DNA of 64,000 nt, taken from positions 173,591-237,590 of the forward strand of contig CDMY01000947.1 of assembly GCA_001179505.1 (NCBI GenBank), written 5' to 3'. The position numbers and the translations under genes are program-made. This stretch comes from Vitrella brassicaformis CCMP3155. Its lineage: Eukaryota > Protista > Chromerida. Below are positions 25,595 to 37,299 of this stretch, in pieces (position 1 is the stretch's first letter; the number at the start of each line of letters is the position of its first letter). A model generated the notes under the pieces. It did not search any database. It saw nothing but the letters and a program-made list of their open reading frames with translations, and was not told the origin of the DNA.

Positions 25595-27267
25595 ATGGCC
25601 CGCTTTCCTCTGCTCGTGCTGGCGCTGCTGGCTTTGTCGTCCACTCTCGTCAACTGCCAAGTCAGCAATGTAACCAATGCCACAGATGAGCAGCACGGGG
25701 GTGCCTCTCACTCCGAGGAAGAGACGCATGAACATGAAGAGGGCGTCACGCACGAAGAGGAGGGGGATCATGACCATGATCACGGAGATCACGATGATCA
25801 CCATCACGATGAGAAGGAGTGGGACGGTGAGGGGCCGCCTCCCTCGGTGTCCCTGTCAGTGAGTGAAGACCCCGTCAGTCACGGCCTCAACATCCGTATA
25901 GACATCGACCCCGTCGACTCCTTCGACATCGTCCCCGTCGAAGCGTCGGGCCCGCACCACCCTGGGGAAGGACACGTACGCGCCAGGGATCACCCACCCA
26001 CCACACAGGCAGCCACCTGCATCGCTGTCCCCCTTTTCGTCTGTGTGTCTGGCAGACCCACCTTTACTATGGGGAGGAGATGCTGGCTCGTCAGTACTGC
26101 CTCGACTACCACTTTGACCCCCACGATCACCACGGACATGGCCACGACGACGACAGCTTCAAAGTGACGCTCAACGCTAACGACCACTCTGAGTACACCG
26201 ACGCCGCTGGCAACGTCCTCGAGGCCACCGCCACCCCGCCCCCAGAAGAGGAGGGCGAGGAGGACCATGCAGAGCACATGGAAATGCCCCCAGCAGCCGA
26301 GTGGGAGGGAGAGGAGACCCCCACCCTCTCGCTCGAGACGCATGAGGACTCCAAGGGGGGCTACAACGTCCAGGTGATCGGCTCCGGCTTCGCGTTTGGC
26401 GTGCCGGGGAGGGACGACGGCAACAATGCCAGCCTGGCATTTGTCAATGTGACGATTTCAATGGAGAAGGATCATCACGACGAGCACGAGCACGAAGAGC
26501 ATGAGCATGAGGAGCATGAGGAAGAAGAGGAGGGCCATGAGGGGCATGAGCATGAGCACGCCAGCGAGACGGGCAGCGACAGCTTCCGCCTCTACTGCCC
26601 ATTCGTCCACGTCAACCTCCCCCCGGGCAAGGTCACCATCACCGCCGCCCTTCACGGCATGCAGGGGCAGCCACTCCTTCTGAATGGCGAGGCCATCAAT
26701 GCCACAACGTCCCTCACCGTCCCCGAAGATCATGATCATGCGCACTGCAGCCACGAGTGCGAGGTCCATGTGTGTCCGCATGCCGACCAAGAGGCGCTGT
26801 CCGGGTGTCTGGAGGAGGGGACGTGCGCGGCGGTGTGTCAGTCGTTCGTGGACGAGGTGCACGAGGAAAGGTGCTACGACTGCAATGTGCACTGCGACGG
26901 GCTGGAGGTCAAGATCGACAGCAATGCCGAGTTCGTCAAACAGGCCGAGCTGATGGGTGAGGGATACGGACGGAGGGAGAAAGGGGGCGCAGACGGCGCC
27001 CTTCATTCATGATTCATATTGTCTGTCGGTTTCCTGCGTGTGCGTTCAGGTTGCAACCCCCCTCCTCTGGTTGAGGTGGATGCGGAGACCACCAGCAATG
27101 CCAATGCCCACGGTAAGTGACCTACAGACACACACACACACACACGCACCCACCCACCCACGGCCGCGGGGACAGCTACCATTTGTCCGCTCTCCTCTTC
27201 TGTGCCTGCAGGCGTGGCAATCGGTTCTGCGGCGCTGATTGGGCTGCTGAGCATGCTGGCACACTGA
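25595..27267 (+). CDS. Secreted, probably GPI-anchored His/Glu-rich putative metal-binding protein
   Basis: Four phase-consistent exons. Signal peptide MARFPLLVLALLALSSTLVNC; His-Asp/His-Glu tracts; GEGH|THLYYGEEMLARQYCLDYHF...FKVTLNANDHSEY module plus a second degenerate copy; Cys/His cluster; C-terminal TTSNANAH|GVAIGSAALIGLLSMLAH*. Confidence 0.85.
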
Positions 27268-29491
27268 TGGGCTGACTGCACTGCTGACTGACTGACAGAT
27301 ACGGGGCGATCCGATCGATGGATGCGGTGGGGCGGCACATACAATACACGCATACATAAGCCACCAGGGGCGGGCTGTATGCTATGCCTGTTTTCTGTGC
27401 CGCCCCCCCGCATGTCATGTTGTCTGTCTGTCTGCGTGTGTATGTCCTCTTTTTATTGCACCGTGCATGTTCCTGTCTTCCTGGTGGGGCGACCACTGTG
27501 TGCGATGCGGCCGATGCTTGTTTGTATGCTCCTGAGAGTGAGAGTCAGTCGACTTGAGTCGTTTTTTCACCAGCACTGCCGTGTCCTGTATGTGTGTGCG
27601 GACGGCGGTGCTCCATCCATCCACTGGACGGATCGATGGAGAGCGGATGGCCCTTAATGACCCATGCGTTGCGTTGCGTTGTGGGATGTAGTAGGCGGAT
27701 GGGATGACTGGCCAGTCATCCTCTGTTTTGTGCGGAGGCGTGGCGTGCTATGCAGTCGATCTAAGTGACAAGCTAGTAGTGGTGCCTTCCCAGAGTCTCG
27801 CGTGGGTTGGTTGGTGCCCACACTGGAGAAGGCAGATTGACCCACCACTCATACATGGGCCTGATGATGAGCGCGGAGCTGTCGTTCGTTTCTTTTCTCT
27901 TCTGTGTGTGGATGACTCTGCCTGACCGAGTGGGTCTGTTGGCTGTGGTCGTCGCACGGTGAGCCTCAACACTGTCTGCAAGTGTTGTGTCTCAACGTGT
28001 GGCGGGGCCGGCTCATCAGACCCACTCGATGTGGCGTGAGGGGGCCTGGTGTGAGTGAGAGAGGTGGCTGCGGGGAGATGAATATGATTCATATGCCATG
28101 CCATCCTGACTGACTGAGTGGGTCTGATAGGACACCGTGCCTGTTGATGGAGGCTCAACGCTTTGTGCAGGTGTTGAGTCGCCGACTGCGGCCATGGCAG
28201 CTCATCAGCCCCCTCGGTCAGGCGCTGCGCTTTGTACGTGGTTGAGAGACGGAGTGAGTTGCGCGAGGGTGGGGAGATCCATACAGATTCACGCGTGTGT
28301 GTCGGTCGATGCACGCAAGTGGTCTGTGTGCCGCGCGCGTGCAGGGGAGGTGCGGTGCGGTGCAGCCACTGCCTGTCTGTCTGCCTGCCTGCCTGCTTTT
28401 TATCTGACGTGCCCAGCTGGCTTGGTGCATCCGCCACTCACTCTGCCTGCTCGTATGTGAGTGTGCGCGGCGAATGCACCGAAACTGACTGACTGACTGA
28501 CTTCTGACCGCCCGTGCGCCTCCGTGTTTGTGTGTGTGTGGCGGGGGAGTTGGGGTCTGAGTGTTTAGGATCGAAGTGATCGACGACTCGACCGAGTCTG
28601 TTACTAGGGGAGCGGTGTGTGAGTGACTGATGGACGTCTGTCTGTTTGATGCATGTCGAGAGTCCTAGAGCCAAAGGCGTTCTGGCAGTAACGTTTTTCA
28701 CAAAGCACCACCAGGGCCGACAAAGTCGCATACACAGCTGAGTGAGTGATGGCTCAACAAGTGAAATGCACTTCCTCTGGACTGGCTCAAAAGAATGCAA
28801 ACACGGGGGAACACACTCACACACTTACTGGGGGCGGGGCGACCTAGTGGAAAAACGGAGCGGCCAAAGACTCAGGTCAGGTCAGTCCACTCCGCTCCCC
28901 TCCCACAAGCACACAGACAGACAATACACACACCGAGGAGAGGAGAGGCATGGATGGATGCCAAACACACATATACAGACATGTCTCCCGCCCTTCGCCT
29001 AGCTTTGCTGTTGGCTCGGCGACCTTCGCCTCGCTGTGTCTCCAGCAGCTCATGGCGGCCGTGCGGAGGCGGAGCCTGGCTGGGACCATGATTGCGTGGG
29101 AGAGGAGGCCGGCTCCTGGGGGAGAGGGGCTCGGACGAGCCGAGCAAGAGAAAGAGATCCATGACAGCGGCAGGTTCATTCGTTGTGCGTCGGCTGCTGT
29201 CAAGGAAGCCATTCATCGGTTTGGGTACCAAAAATATGTCCACTTCAAAAAACGCCAATCGCATCCACCGACCGACGGAGCAGAGTGTCACCCAGCAGCA
29301 GTCAATCATGAACAAACACGCATGCAGCCAAAAATCACGCCACACACGGCCCCTCTGTCCCCTTGGTCCGTCTCTCTCTCCGTCCGCTGCTATCTACTGG
29401 CTAGAGCTCCGTGTTTGGCACTTGGTGGCACCAATGGAATGTTCCGTCCGTGTGTCTCTATCTATCTGTGTGTGTCTCTGTGTGTGTCTTG

Positions 29492-32400
29492 TCACTCGTC
29501 CATAAACGACAAGGGGTCGGGCCAGATGGCCTCGCTGTCTCCCGGCAGCTCCTCGGGCATCGGTATGCCAATCCCCTGCTCCCACCACGTGGGGGGCAGG
29601 TCATTATCTCCTTCCTCATCCCCCGGCAGGCCGCACCCCATACCCAAGCCCATACCGCCCATCGTCGACAGTATCAGGCTGCTGTCGCTGTAGTCGATCA
29701 TCCCATCGTCTGCATCGCGGCAGACCTCTGCCTCCGTCCAGGTCGTGTTGCCCGGCCTCTCCACCTCGTGGCCCCCCTCAGACGAGCACTCAGGGGCCTT
29801 CTCCTTGTGCTGATGCTCCAGCTCGTCGGGCTCTGAGTCTGAGTCCGAGTCAACACCGAAACGAGCACTCCAGTAAGCTGACACATCAACACACACACAC
29901 ACACACACATTGCACACACATGTATGAAGAAATTCCTCCTTGGCCATCTCTCACAGATCACTGCGTATTTCGCCCGGCAATCCATTCACTCACCGTGGTG
30001 TGCCGTATCGTCCGCCCTCTCCCTCCGCGAGTTGTGGAAGAAGAAGCGGGTGGGGTTGAAGTCCATCATACCCGCGTCCTCCCGCTGGGCCGGCGCCGCC
30101 TCTTCCTTCTCCTTCTTGGCCGGCTTCTTCTTGGGTTTGGCCTTGGGTTTGGCCTTTGGTTTGGGTTTGGCCTTGGTTTTGGGCGTCTTGGGGGCCGGGG
30201 GCTGTTTGTGGGAGGGCGGCGGGGGGCGGCTGTCGGCCTGCGATATGGTGGAGGCCTCTCTATCTTGCGGTCTGCGACGCACGCGCTTGGAGAGCTGCAC
30301 GGCTCTGCCATCGTCCAGCGAATCTAATACTGCACGGGTCCACACACATCAGGAGAGCACACCGATAATCAATCAGCCACGGGTCTGAGGTGCGGCTCTT
30401 CGGTTCATATGAGCGTGTCTCTTTGCTGACTGACTGACCATTATCGTCAGTTGGGTGATTTCGCTTTTGGCCACGGCCGCTTTTGCGTTTGTCCTTGGTC
30501 TCACAGCCCGGCTTCCACTCCTCCTCTCCATCTGCACACGCATGACACACATGACCGATGGATGCAGTGCATCAACGGGTGGAGGTCGCTCCCGTTGCCC
30601 TCCATTGGTTACCGCTCTTCTTCTTCTTCGAGCGGTTCTTTCGGGGCCTTCGCTTCGATGCCCTCAGCTCCTCGGCGGCCTTTCTCTCTTCCTCCGAGTC
30701 TCCAGACGCCTTCTGCACTGACAGGTGGCCTATGTCAACTGCATCCATCCACAAAAAACGAAATGCACACAACGAAATGTATACGTCATTCATATGGATG
30801 GAACTCCTGGCCCCCTCGGACCTTTCTCGCTGGCCTACCGTCCATTTTCGTATGAGGGGGCGGATACCGATAGCGAGGGTGAGGATAGAAGGCCTGCAGA
30901 GCGCCCGCATGCGCCCCGAGCGACAACACAGACGGCGCGTTGGCGCCAGGAGGGGGGAGGGGTGGGGGAACGGGCATGCTGTACGTGTCGAAGGGTGGCA
31001 GAATCGACACGAGAGGTGCAGCAGGGGTCCTTGCAGAGCAATATCAGAGCCAAAGGTCGTATCACTGTCGTCAAGTCGGGGCGCGAGCCGAAGATTGTCG
31101 CAAAATTCGTGGGCATCTCAGGTTTTGGAGTGCTTCTGCGCGTGTGCCCTCTCTCTGAGCGTGCTCATGTCCATTCGTTCACAGCCAGCCCATGCCCTGC
31201 TGAACGCCTCCCGCCAACCCACCCACCCTGATCATACGATATCGCCCTGCAGAGGGCCACTGCGCCGAGTACTGGCAGCATTGACGAACAGGCCGATTAC
31301 GCTGCTGCGCTGTCCATTCCACATAGTTACCATGCACACATACACACACGCAAAAACGGCCATATGCTCCCCCCACGCCGCGTCAATTTGTCCCAGCCGC
31401 CGCGGCTGTCTGTCAGCTATCTGGCTGAGTCCCGTCCGTGAGTGCGTTAACTGTGTGAGGTATATAAGGTGTGTACATCCATCGACCGCCGTGTGGTGCA
31501 TGTCCCTGCTCGCGTGCTGTCGCGTCCACTGTGCACACACACTTTTACTGGGGGCTCTGCGAGGGCCTTGCGGTGAACGATGAACAGCGCCATATGGCCG
31601 CTGTTGGCTTGGAGCAGCCTGGCCACACGACAACCAACAGACATTTATCACATACAAATCATGGCGTATCTCTCGTTGTGTGTTTGGTTGCTTACTTACT
31701 TGGCCAGCCACATGGCAGCCACGTGCGTCTTCCCTCCGCCCGTGGGGACACACAGCACCAGGTTGCCGCCCAGCGCCTTTCGATAGGCATCCTCCTCTGA
31801 ACCACACACGCACACACATACACACACACACACACAGGCACACATGAAAAGCCATCTGTGTGTGTCACACATGCTGTGTGTGTGTCATTTCTTGCGGTAT
31901 GGGCATGGCATCTTGTTGACGAGTTGCTCTTCGTCTGCGGTAGGAGCGGGGCGGAGAGGCACGGGCAGGTCCAGCGACCCTATCGTCAGGGAGGGCACCG
32001 AGAGCTTTCGGCGGTCGAAGTCGTCCCTTCTGCGCAGCTGCAGCACCGACACAGCCCTGAATGACAATGGAACGACAATTCCATGGGTGAGATGCGACAT
32101 GATACGCTGGTGCTCACTCACTTGTGGAAGGCCTCATCGCCCTTGGAGCCATTGATGACAACGCTCTTCCACGGAAAATACAGAACGTCGTCATCATCCA
32201 CATAGGAGTGATAGGCAGCCTCCCAACCAGCCTGATAGATATACCAGCACAGCACGTACACCACACAGAGCACAGCACGCAGGACACGTCACGCATAAAG
32301 CCGCACACACAGATATATCGCTTGCTCCAGGTGTTTGCTTGCTACATACCTGCCACTTGCACACGGGACACTTGATGCCGCACTTATTGAGTGGGTTTCC

Positions 32401-32673
32401 CCCGGTGTTCCGTTTGCCAAAGATGAGCACCACCGCCACTTCCGTCTTGCACTCCGGCCGGACGATGAGCAGCAGGTCCGCCTTCCGCACCGCCGCATTG
32501 CCGTCAGCCGCCTCCTTCGTCTGCACACAGGGGCAAAGGATGTCCTGATTGATGTGCTGGCTTGCTGAGAGAGGTCTGTCGGCTGACCTGATACATGCAG
32601 AGGTGTGAGGCGGTGACAGGCAGGGGGCTCGAGCATCCACCACAACTCACAACGAGACCTCTTCACTACTCAT
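29492..32673 (-). CDS. SF2 helicase-related protein (Dicer/RIG-I/FANCM-type Q motif, Walker A, motif Ia) with K/P-rich and acidic C-terminus; central exons unresolved
   Basis: Splicing gives MPCPY|QEDAYRKALGGNLVLCVPTGGGKTHVAAMWLAK|LLQANSGHMALFIVHRKALAE (exon 31700-31796). Exons 30893 to 29492 form a phase-consistent chain. The link across 31500-30900 is uncertain, and I could not find a DExH motif. Confidence 0.6.
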
Positions 32674-32820
32674 GATCTTTGCTTTCTGATGGGAGATCTT
32701 GCTGCAACTGCCCTATTCCTCTGAGACCACAGCTATTCCTGCAGCAAATAGAGCCTATCTACAAAACAGACGATCCACGACTTGGCTCGCCCCCCTGTGA
32801 AAACCCGCCCGGCAGCTGCG

Positions 32821-34496
32821 ATGTCCTCAGAGAGCTCAGAGGCGTACGATGCCGTCGTTATCGGTATGTCCGTAAGGAAAGCGGACAGATCAGCGTGTGC
32901 TGCTTCCCTCGTGTGCCTGCTGTTGCCAGGTGGAGGCATCATGGGCGCCAGCGCCACGTATGCACTGTCCAAGAGAGGCCTCAAGGTGGCCATGCTTGAG
33001 CGGTTCCATCCCACTCATCGCAACGGCTCATCGTGGGGCGATGGCCGGATCTTCCGATTCGCATACGTACGCTACGCTACGCTACCCGCACACAACAGCA
33101 TCCAAGGGACGAACGATGTGTCCACTCTCTGTCTGCCTGTGTGTCAGGTGGAGCCCTCCAAAGTCAAGATGGCGCAGATCAGCGGGGATCTGTATCAGGA
33201 GCTCGAGCGCCGGACCAGGATGCGTGTGCTCAACAGGATAGGTCAGATTGACATGGCACCAATCGGCCACAAGGAGCTGAGGGGCCTCGTCGACACGTAT
33301 GACAAGGGCGGCATCCCATACACCCGAATGACTGCTGCCGAGGTCAACAAGACATTCCCTCAGCTCCACCTGACCGACAGGGAAGAGGCCATCTATCAGG
33401 TCAGGGGACACCTGTGAAGCGACAAAGAAGGGATAACAAAGAGAAACACGTACCGCACCGCGTGGCTTCTCATGTTGTGTTGTGTTGTGTGCAGCCCGAT
33501 GGAGGTGTGACCTATGCCGATTCCGCCAGGACGGCATTCTTCGAAGCTGCGCGGCAGAACGGCGCCACGCTGCTGTTCTCCACTGTCGCCAAGGCGATCC
33601 ACAGGCAGCCCTCTGGCGGTTTTGCGGTCGACCTCGCTGCCCCTGATGACCCCTCGCCGATGCGTAGGCGGCGGATTGTGTGCAGCAAGGTGGTTGTGAC
33701 GACTGGGGGGTGGACCAATGACGTGCTCAAGATGGTGGGCCTGTGCACGCTGCCAATGCGCGTCACAAACGAGCAGGTGACAGATAGACGAATAGCACAC
33801 AATCCACCATTCATTCTCCATCATCCTCTGCATATGTGTGTCTGCTTGTGTGTCGCCACAGCCGATGTACTTCATGCCTCGTGACGGTGAGGACGTGGCG
33901 GCATTCGAGGAGGGCGCGATGCCCGTGTTCATATTTCGCGGCTTCGAGAAGGAGTACTACGGGATACCCACAGTCAAAGGCGGCGAGTGCGGCGTCAAGG
34001 TGGCTGTCCACCAAGGCTGCCACGACATGATGGACACACCCGAGGGACGCACCAAGCAAGAGAACGCCCAGTTCACAGCCGACACACAGAAGTGAGTGAG
34101 AAACATGCGAGCAGGGGGTATTATCGCTAACATAGATACCATCGAGTGGCCTGTCTCTGCCTCGCTGCATGCAGGTGGGTCCGTCGCTTCTTCCCCCGTC
34201 TGGACGAGTGTCGTTACTCAGCTCACCGGTGCCTCTACCAGATGACGGCCGACAGGGAGTTCATCGTGGGCTGCCACCCCGAATGCACAGACGTGATCGT
34301 CGCTACGGGCTTCTGCGGCGAGGGCTTCAAGTTTGCTCCATGGGTTGGCGAGGCGTGCGTGCAGCTGGGGTTCCCCGAGAGGATGGCAGAGGCGGTGAAA
34401 GTGCCGAGTGAATTCACCCTCAGTCGATTCGTGCCGTCACACAGGACGGGCAGTGAGGGTGGTGGCGGCCATGTGTATGCGCAGAGCCGCCTGTAG
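32821..34496 (+). CDS. FAD-dependent oxidoreductase, monomeric sarcosine oxidase / PIPOX / N-methyltryptophan oxidase family
   Basis: Six exons: YDAVVIG|GGIMG (Rossmann GxGxxG), GSSWGDGRIFRFAY, VVVTTGGWT, RCLYQMTADREFIVG (conserved FAD-linking Cys position) and GFCGEGFKFAPWVGE. Confidence 0.92.
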
Positions 34497-34800
34497 ATAG
34501 ACAGACAGATAGACAGACAGACAGACAGACAGACATAGAGCCAGATCTGGCTGATCTTGCTGATGGCGTGTGGGTTGTGGGTGGTGGGACGGTGAGAAAC
34601 AACGTGCCTTAATTTATTTGTAGTGTCTGACTTGATTTGCTGCACCTGGCCGAAGTGAAGTGAAGGGCATGGGGGCCTTTTTGCCTCTTCCTCTTCTACT
34701 GACGCGTGAGTGAGTGAGTGAGTGAGTGTAGCATACATCTTTCGGATGGATGGATGGATGGATGGATGACATCGATGGATGGAGATCTATGACATACATG
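34497..34800. repeat. Compound microsatellite cluster (GACA/GATA)n, (GAGT)n, (GGAT)n
   Basis: Directly visible tandem tetranucleotide tracts. The same units recur at 21645-21710, 36255-36295, 37065-37085, 51160-51190 and in most introns. Confidence 0.85.
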
Positions 34801-35097
34801 CCTTGACCGCGGCGGAGTCGGATTCATTCACTGCAGCTAGCGTGGCTGGCTGTGAGGCAGAGGTCTCTCATGGAGTCGTCACTCACTCACGGCTTCCTTT
34901 TGCAAAGACTGTGCGTTTGCAGAGGGTTCCTGTTTGCATGCATGCAACCCTATAACCCCAGCAGCCGCAACAGACGAGTTCGCCCACACTGCCTTGCAGC
35001 CGACACATTTTTTGTGCTTGGAGCGACAGCTGATTCCTGTCTGCCTCTGGACAATCACACGGGCGTCCACCACTTCCTCCCTCCCTGCAGCTAGCCG

Positions 35098-36181
35098 ATG
35101 GCGAGCGGCAGTGTGACAGTCAAGACACTCAACGGAGCGCACCAGGCGTCGGCATCATCACTTTGCGTCATCGAGGGCTCGGCGCTCGACGGCCTCGTCA
35201 AGTCCTCGGCGGTGGTGGAGCTGCGTGTGCGTGGCCGCTACTGGCGGATGATCCAGAAGCAGCTGCAGAAAGCCGAGGAGGAGAAGAGCCGCGGGAAGGC
35301 TCCGTCCTTCCTGATTGTCAGGTGGGTGAGATGTCCGGGTGGGAAAGAGCCGGGGCAGAGCGAATCCATTGGTTGGTTGGTTGGCTGCTTGGCTGGTTGG
35401 CGTGTCCTGCTGTCCGTGACACTCAAGACCTAACCTCGACCGGCTGATGAAGGACGAAGCCATCTCGCCGGTTGAGAAGCCGTGCGTCATGCAGTGCATC
35501 ACTGACCTGCAGGTCGGCACCCTCTTCGGCATCGCCCCCCTGCACCCCTCCCCGCCCAGAGTGCACGTCGTCTTCAAGCGCCACTCTCTCCCTGGCGGCG
35601 AGACGACATTCGAGCAGTCCTTCCCCCTCAGCAAGTGGCAGCTCGAGAGTGCATTCATGCAGATGCGGCGTATCGAGGACCTGGTGAGGCTGCTCAAGAG
35701 ACTGGAGCGGTGCCTGCGGCAGCTGGACCTGAACCGCTATGTGGCCCTGCCGGCAGACAGCGGGGCGGATCAGCGGGAGCGGCAGTTCCTCAGGGAGAGC
35801 CTCCACTCCGCGCTCTCTCTCACGCCATTCCCCAAGGCACTGGCGGTGGAGAAGCGACTGATGCAGGGCATCAGGTCGTGGCGGCGACTCAGCCTCTCCC
35901 CACCTGCTGTCACATTCGAGCTGGAGCCACAAGTGGCCCCATCTGCTGGTGGTGGTGCTGATGCGGGTGGTCCACCTGGTGGTGTATTGGTGTCGCCCTG
36001 CTGGTGCCCTAAGGGCGTGCGGGCCACCGTGAGCTTCACAGTGGAGGTGATGGACTGCGTGGCGGTGAAGGAGGCGACGCACAAGTGGATGGATGGGCTG
36101 CTGTGCAATGCCATGCGGCGGAGCATGATCCTCTCGTGCTTCTTTTTCGTCGTCCTCTGGAGTCGCATCCTCGAACTATGA
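35098..36181 (+). CDS. Hypothetical protein, possibly with a degenerate BTB/T1-like N-terminus
   Basis: Two exons (ORFs 35098..35433 and 35447..36181) are joined by a phase-2 GT-AG intron ending at 35427 (IVR|PNLDRLMKDE). The N-terminus SVTVKTLNGAHQASASSLCVIEGSALDGLV loosely resembles a T1-BTB start. Confidence 0.6.
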
Positions 36182-37299
36182 GTGATGGATGGTTCGACAT
36201 ACACAGAGAGGGACGGACGGAGGGCTGGGGCTGAAAACCCCCTCTCTCCTGATCTCTCTGTCTGTCTGTCTGCCTGTCTGTCTGTCTGTCTGTCGCTCTC
36301 TCCGGTCGTGTGATGCGTGTCGTGTAAGATAGACCGGTTGGGCTGGTGTGTGTGTACTAGGAGAGTGTTATGCGTCTGCTCCATGCCTAGCCCGTCGCTC
36401 CAGCTGCCTGCCGGCCGTGGTGTCTTTCTGAAATGGTGCAGAGAGGGATGGTGCCGAGAGATTTTTGCCTGCTTGCAACATTGCGTGAGAGAGAGAGCCT
36501 GCCAGGAAGAAAAGGGGTCTTTCTTCCGACCCGTCTGCCTGTCAGTGAGTGCGTATGAGGGATGCGCCGCCTGGTTTTTCCGCCGATTTGTCTGGTCGGT
36601 CGCAGTAAGCAAGCAGTGTGCCGCAGAGTGCGGCCCGTGGCGTGAGTGTGGTGAGCCGTGTTGGCGTGTCTGTCTGTCTCCCAAGACCTACATGTGTTTG
36701 TGTGTGGATGAGAAGACCCGTCAGCTGACTGAAAGCTTTTGTGATGCCCTCTCTTGGATTGGCACAAATGAATTGACCGATTCATTGTTGTCATCCATCC
36801 ATCCATCTGTCTGTCCAAAGCTACCTGTCCGTCTATGTCTTTCTGCCTCACTGAAACACAGCAAAGGGACACAGGGAGAGAGCAACCGCCCCTCCCGCCA
36901 GCCGTACAATGCTGCTATCCACACACATCCACATGCAGACAGGCAGACAGACAGACAGGCAGCCACACGCTCAGGTCAAGGCACTCACTCTACAGCGCTA
37001 TCATCCTACTACTCACAGGCGATCAAAACACCCACGCACGCAATCTAATGCACCGAGAGAGAGAGAGAGAGAGAGAGAGACAACCAGACAGACAGCGAGA
37101 CAAAAAAGTGTGATGAAAAGAAGAGGCCGGTACAGCCACTACGATGGATGCTGCGAGGCCGGCTGTGGCTGCGTGTGTGTCGGGTAGCTTTGCCATTTTA
37201 GACCGAGCCATCCGACACACGCCCCCTCGCGAGCCAGCCAGCCGCCTGCCTACTTGCCGTCCTTGCCCATCTCTTCTGTCTCTGTTTCGGCCTCTCCTC

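Noticed and set aside
25595-27267. Calling the His-rich protein a ZnuA or ZIP/CDF transporter
   Set aside because: No solute-binding-protein fold motifs and no multipass TM region; only the His tracts are shared.
27300-29400. Several ORFs of 70-250 aa, including MAAVRRRS... near 29050
   Set aside because: Dominated by microsatellite-derived translation; no motif or phase-consistent exon chain. A small gene cannot be fully excluded.
30725-31231. 168-aa plus-strand ORF nested opposite the helicase-like gene
   Set aside because: Looks partly protein-like, but has no recognisable domain or splice support and overlaps minus-strand exons; left uncalled.
35770-37260. Long ORFs 35770..36684 (-) and 36317..37048 (+)
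   Set aside because: Made of GACA/GGAT/GA repeat translation plus antisense of the 35447 exon.
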